NCBI GenBank assembly: GCA_022749895.1
Contig: JAKIWS010000005.1
Span: 8,827-72,826, forward strand
DNA: 64,000 nucleotides
Source: Thermoplasmata archaeon
GTDB taxonomy: Archaea; Thermoplasmatota; Thermoplasmata; Lutacidiplasmatales; UBA184
Direction: 5' to 3'
A program made the position numbers and the translations under genes. Below, in pieces: positions 62,756-64,000 of the stretch (the first letter of the stretch is position 1; each line of letters opens with the position of its first letter). A model generated the notes under the pieces. That model did not search any database, was not told the DNA's origin, and was given only the letters and a program-made list of their open reading frames with translations.

Positions 62756-64000
62756 CTAGGCCGGGAGTCGCAACCCCAGGTGCAATCGCCAAGGGGAGCG
62801 CCGACGAGGGTAGTCGGCTCGATAGTGCGCGCCGCGGCTTTCCGTCCGGAGCGCAGCCGCCCGGGCCACCAGGGCCGCGACGAGCGCGGCATTCGCCAGA
62901 GGCGAGGGAGCGGTACCCCCGTCGGGAGGTTCCACGTGCCGGCCCAGCGCCGCGAAATCCCGCTCGGCCCGGCCCAGGCCCCGGGCGTCGCGCACGATGC
63001 CGACATCTTCCCACAGCCGCTCCGCGATGCCACGCCCGGCGTCCGGGGCACCGCCGTCGCCCGACCCCGGTGGCCACGCAAGTTGCTCCACCCGCCGGGG
63101 GGGGTGAGGCCCACCGGGCGAGGGGTGGAGGAGCTGACGCGCCACCCGTTCCCCGAAGACAAGGCCCTCCAGGAGGGAATTGCTCGCGAGGCGGTTCGCG
63201 CCGTGGACGCCGGTCGCCGCCACCTCCCCACAGACCAGGAGTCCAGGGACGGTCGACCTCCCCTCGAGGTCGCTCGTCACGCCCCCGATCATGTAGTGGG
63301 CGACGGGCGTCACCGGGATCCGATCCCGCGACGGGTCGAGGGCGTAGCCGTCCAGCATCCGGCAGATCGTCGGGAACCGGGCGAACAGTCGGTCCCGGGG
63401 GATCGCGGTCGCATCGAGAAAGACGCACGGGTCGCCGGACCGAGCGAGCTCGGTGTGGATGGCGCGGGCCACGACGTCACGGGCCGCCAATTCGGCGTCC
63501 GGATGATAGGTCGGGAGGAATCGACGGCCGTCGCCGTCCCGGATGACGGCGCCCTCCCCCCGGATCGCCTCCGTGATCAAGAACCGGGGGGCGCCCGGGC
63601 GATAGAACGCCGTCGGGTGGAACTGGATGAATTCCATGTCACTTACGAGCGCGCCCGCTCGGGCGGCGATCGCCACGCCCTCGCCCGTGGCGATCGACGG
63701 GTTCGAACTCTCCCGGTACAGCGCCCCTGCGCCGCCCGTCGCGAGGACGACCGCCGACGCGTCGACCTCTTCGGCGCCTCCCCCCACCGCCGCGCCCAAA
63801 AGTGCGATGGGGTGGCCCCTCCGGTCGGGCGTCAGCCGACGGAGGACGGTCCGCTCGCGGATCGCGATGCCGGCGTCCAAGACACGACGCTTGAGCGTCT
63901 CCTCGATCTGGAGACCCGTCGCGTCGCCCCCGGCGTGCAGGATCCGGTCCCGGGAGTGGGCGGCCTCGCGCCCGAGGGCGACCTGGCCGTTCACGGTGTC
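62756..64000 (-). CDS. nadB: L-aspartate oxidase (N-terminus beyond the window edge).
   Basis: HSRDRILHAGGDATG, the FAD-binding region, and RLASNSLLEGLVFG. The ORF runs off the 3' edge of the window. Confidence 0.8.
   Translation of the reverse strand, partial: DTVNGQVALGREAAHSRDRILHAGGDATGLQIEETLKRRVLDAGIAIRERTVLRRLTPDRRGHPIALLGAAVGGGAEEVDASAVVLATGGAGALYRESSNPSIATGEGVAIAARAGALVSDMEFIQFHPTAFYRPGAPRFLITEAIRGEGAVIRDGDGRRFLPTYHPDAELAARDVVARAIHTELARSGDPCVFLDATAIPRDRLFARFPTICRMLDGYALDPSRDRIPVTPVAHYMIGGVTSDLEGRSTVPGLLVCGEVAATGVHGANRLASNSLLEGLVFGERVARQLLHPSPGGPHPPRRVEQLAWPPGSGDGGAPDAGRGIAERLWEDVGIVRDARGLGRAERDFAALGRHVEPPDGGTAPSPLANAALVAALVARAAALRTESRGAHYRADYPRRRSPWRLHLGLRLPA

Noticed and set aside
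61626-63428. A 600-aa minus-strand ORF overlapping the acyl-CoA dehydrogenase and nadB genes.
   Set aside because: Wrong-frame shadow. The acyl-CoA dehydrogenase and NadB motifs lie in the other frames.
1-64000. CRISPR arrays, insertion sequences, integrases and rRNA genes.
   Set aside because: No direct-repeat/spacer periodicity, no transposase or integrase-like ORFs, and no rRNA-like conserved stretches were seen. The only repeats found are the intragenic duplication and the paralogous gene pairs.

Overview
This window is 64 kb of a very GC-rich archaeal chromosome. It is archaeal because it encodes TFB, PurP, Pth2, exosome subunit Csl4, two-subunit archaeal PheRS, archaeal SRP54, an ATP-dependent DNA ligase, a COG2263 RNA methylase and phosphopantothenate synthetase. 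It is not halophile-like, because the proteins are not acidic.

Content from start to end:
- Two giant N-glycosylation-sequon-rich surface proteins. One has a Kelch/beta-propeller region plus a PKD domain.
- Housekeeping genes: glyA, csl4, lig, rpe.
- An Opp-type ABC transporter (oppBCDF) with a PKD-fused substrate-binding protein, plus an orphan paralog of that binding protein.
- An S53 (sedolisin-type) peptidase.
- pheST, methylmalonyl-CoA mutase and epimerase, eno and rps2.
- An accessory islet of small-molecule methyltransferases and regulators: ArsR, SRPBCC, ArsM-like, HxlR, GNAT, alpha/beta hydrolase.
- tfb, a Cas4-like nuclease, purP and an ABC-2 exporter.
- An acyl-CoA dehydrogenase and a partial nadB.
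- Two intron-containing tRNAs: tRNA-Leu with a canonical anticodon-loop intron, and a tRNA-Ser whose T-loop appears to be split by a non-canonical intron.

The most unusual signal is a recurring architecture: three surface proteins end in a transmembrane helix followed by a cytoplasmic zinc-binding tail. Two of the tails are classical C2H2 fingers (C-X2-C-X12-H-X4-H); the sedolisin-type peptidase ends in a C4 zinc ribbon. A free-standing C2H2 protein with the same finger spacing lies between duplicated ACT-domain regulator genes.

Because of the extreme GC content, long antisense shadow ORFs are everywhere in the six-frame track, and most ORFs there are artifacts. The ORF track also reports GTG/TTG starts as M.
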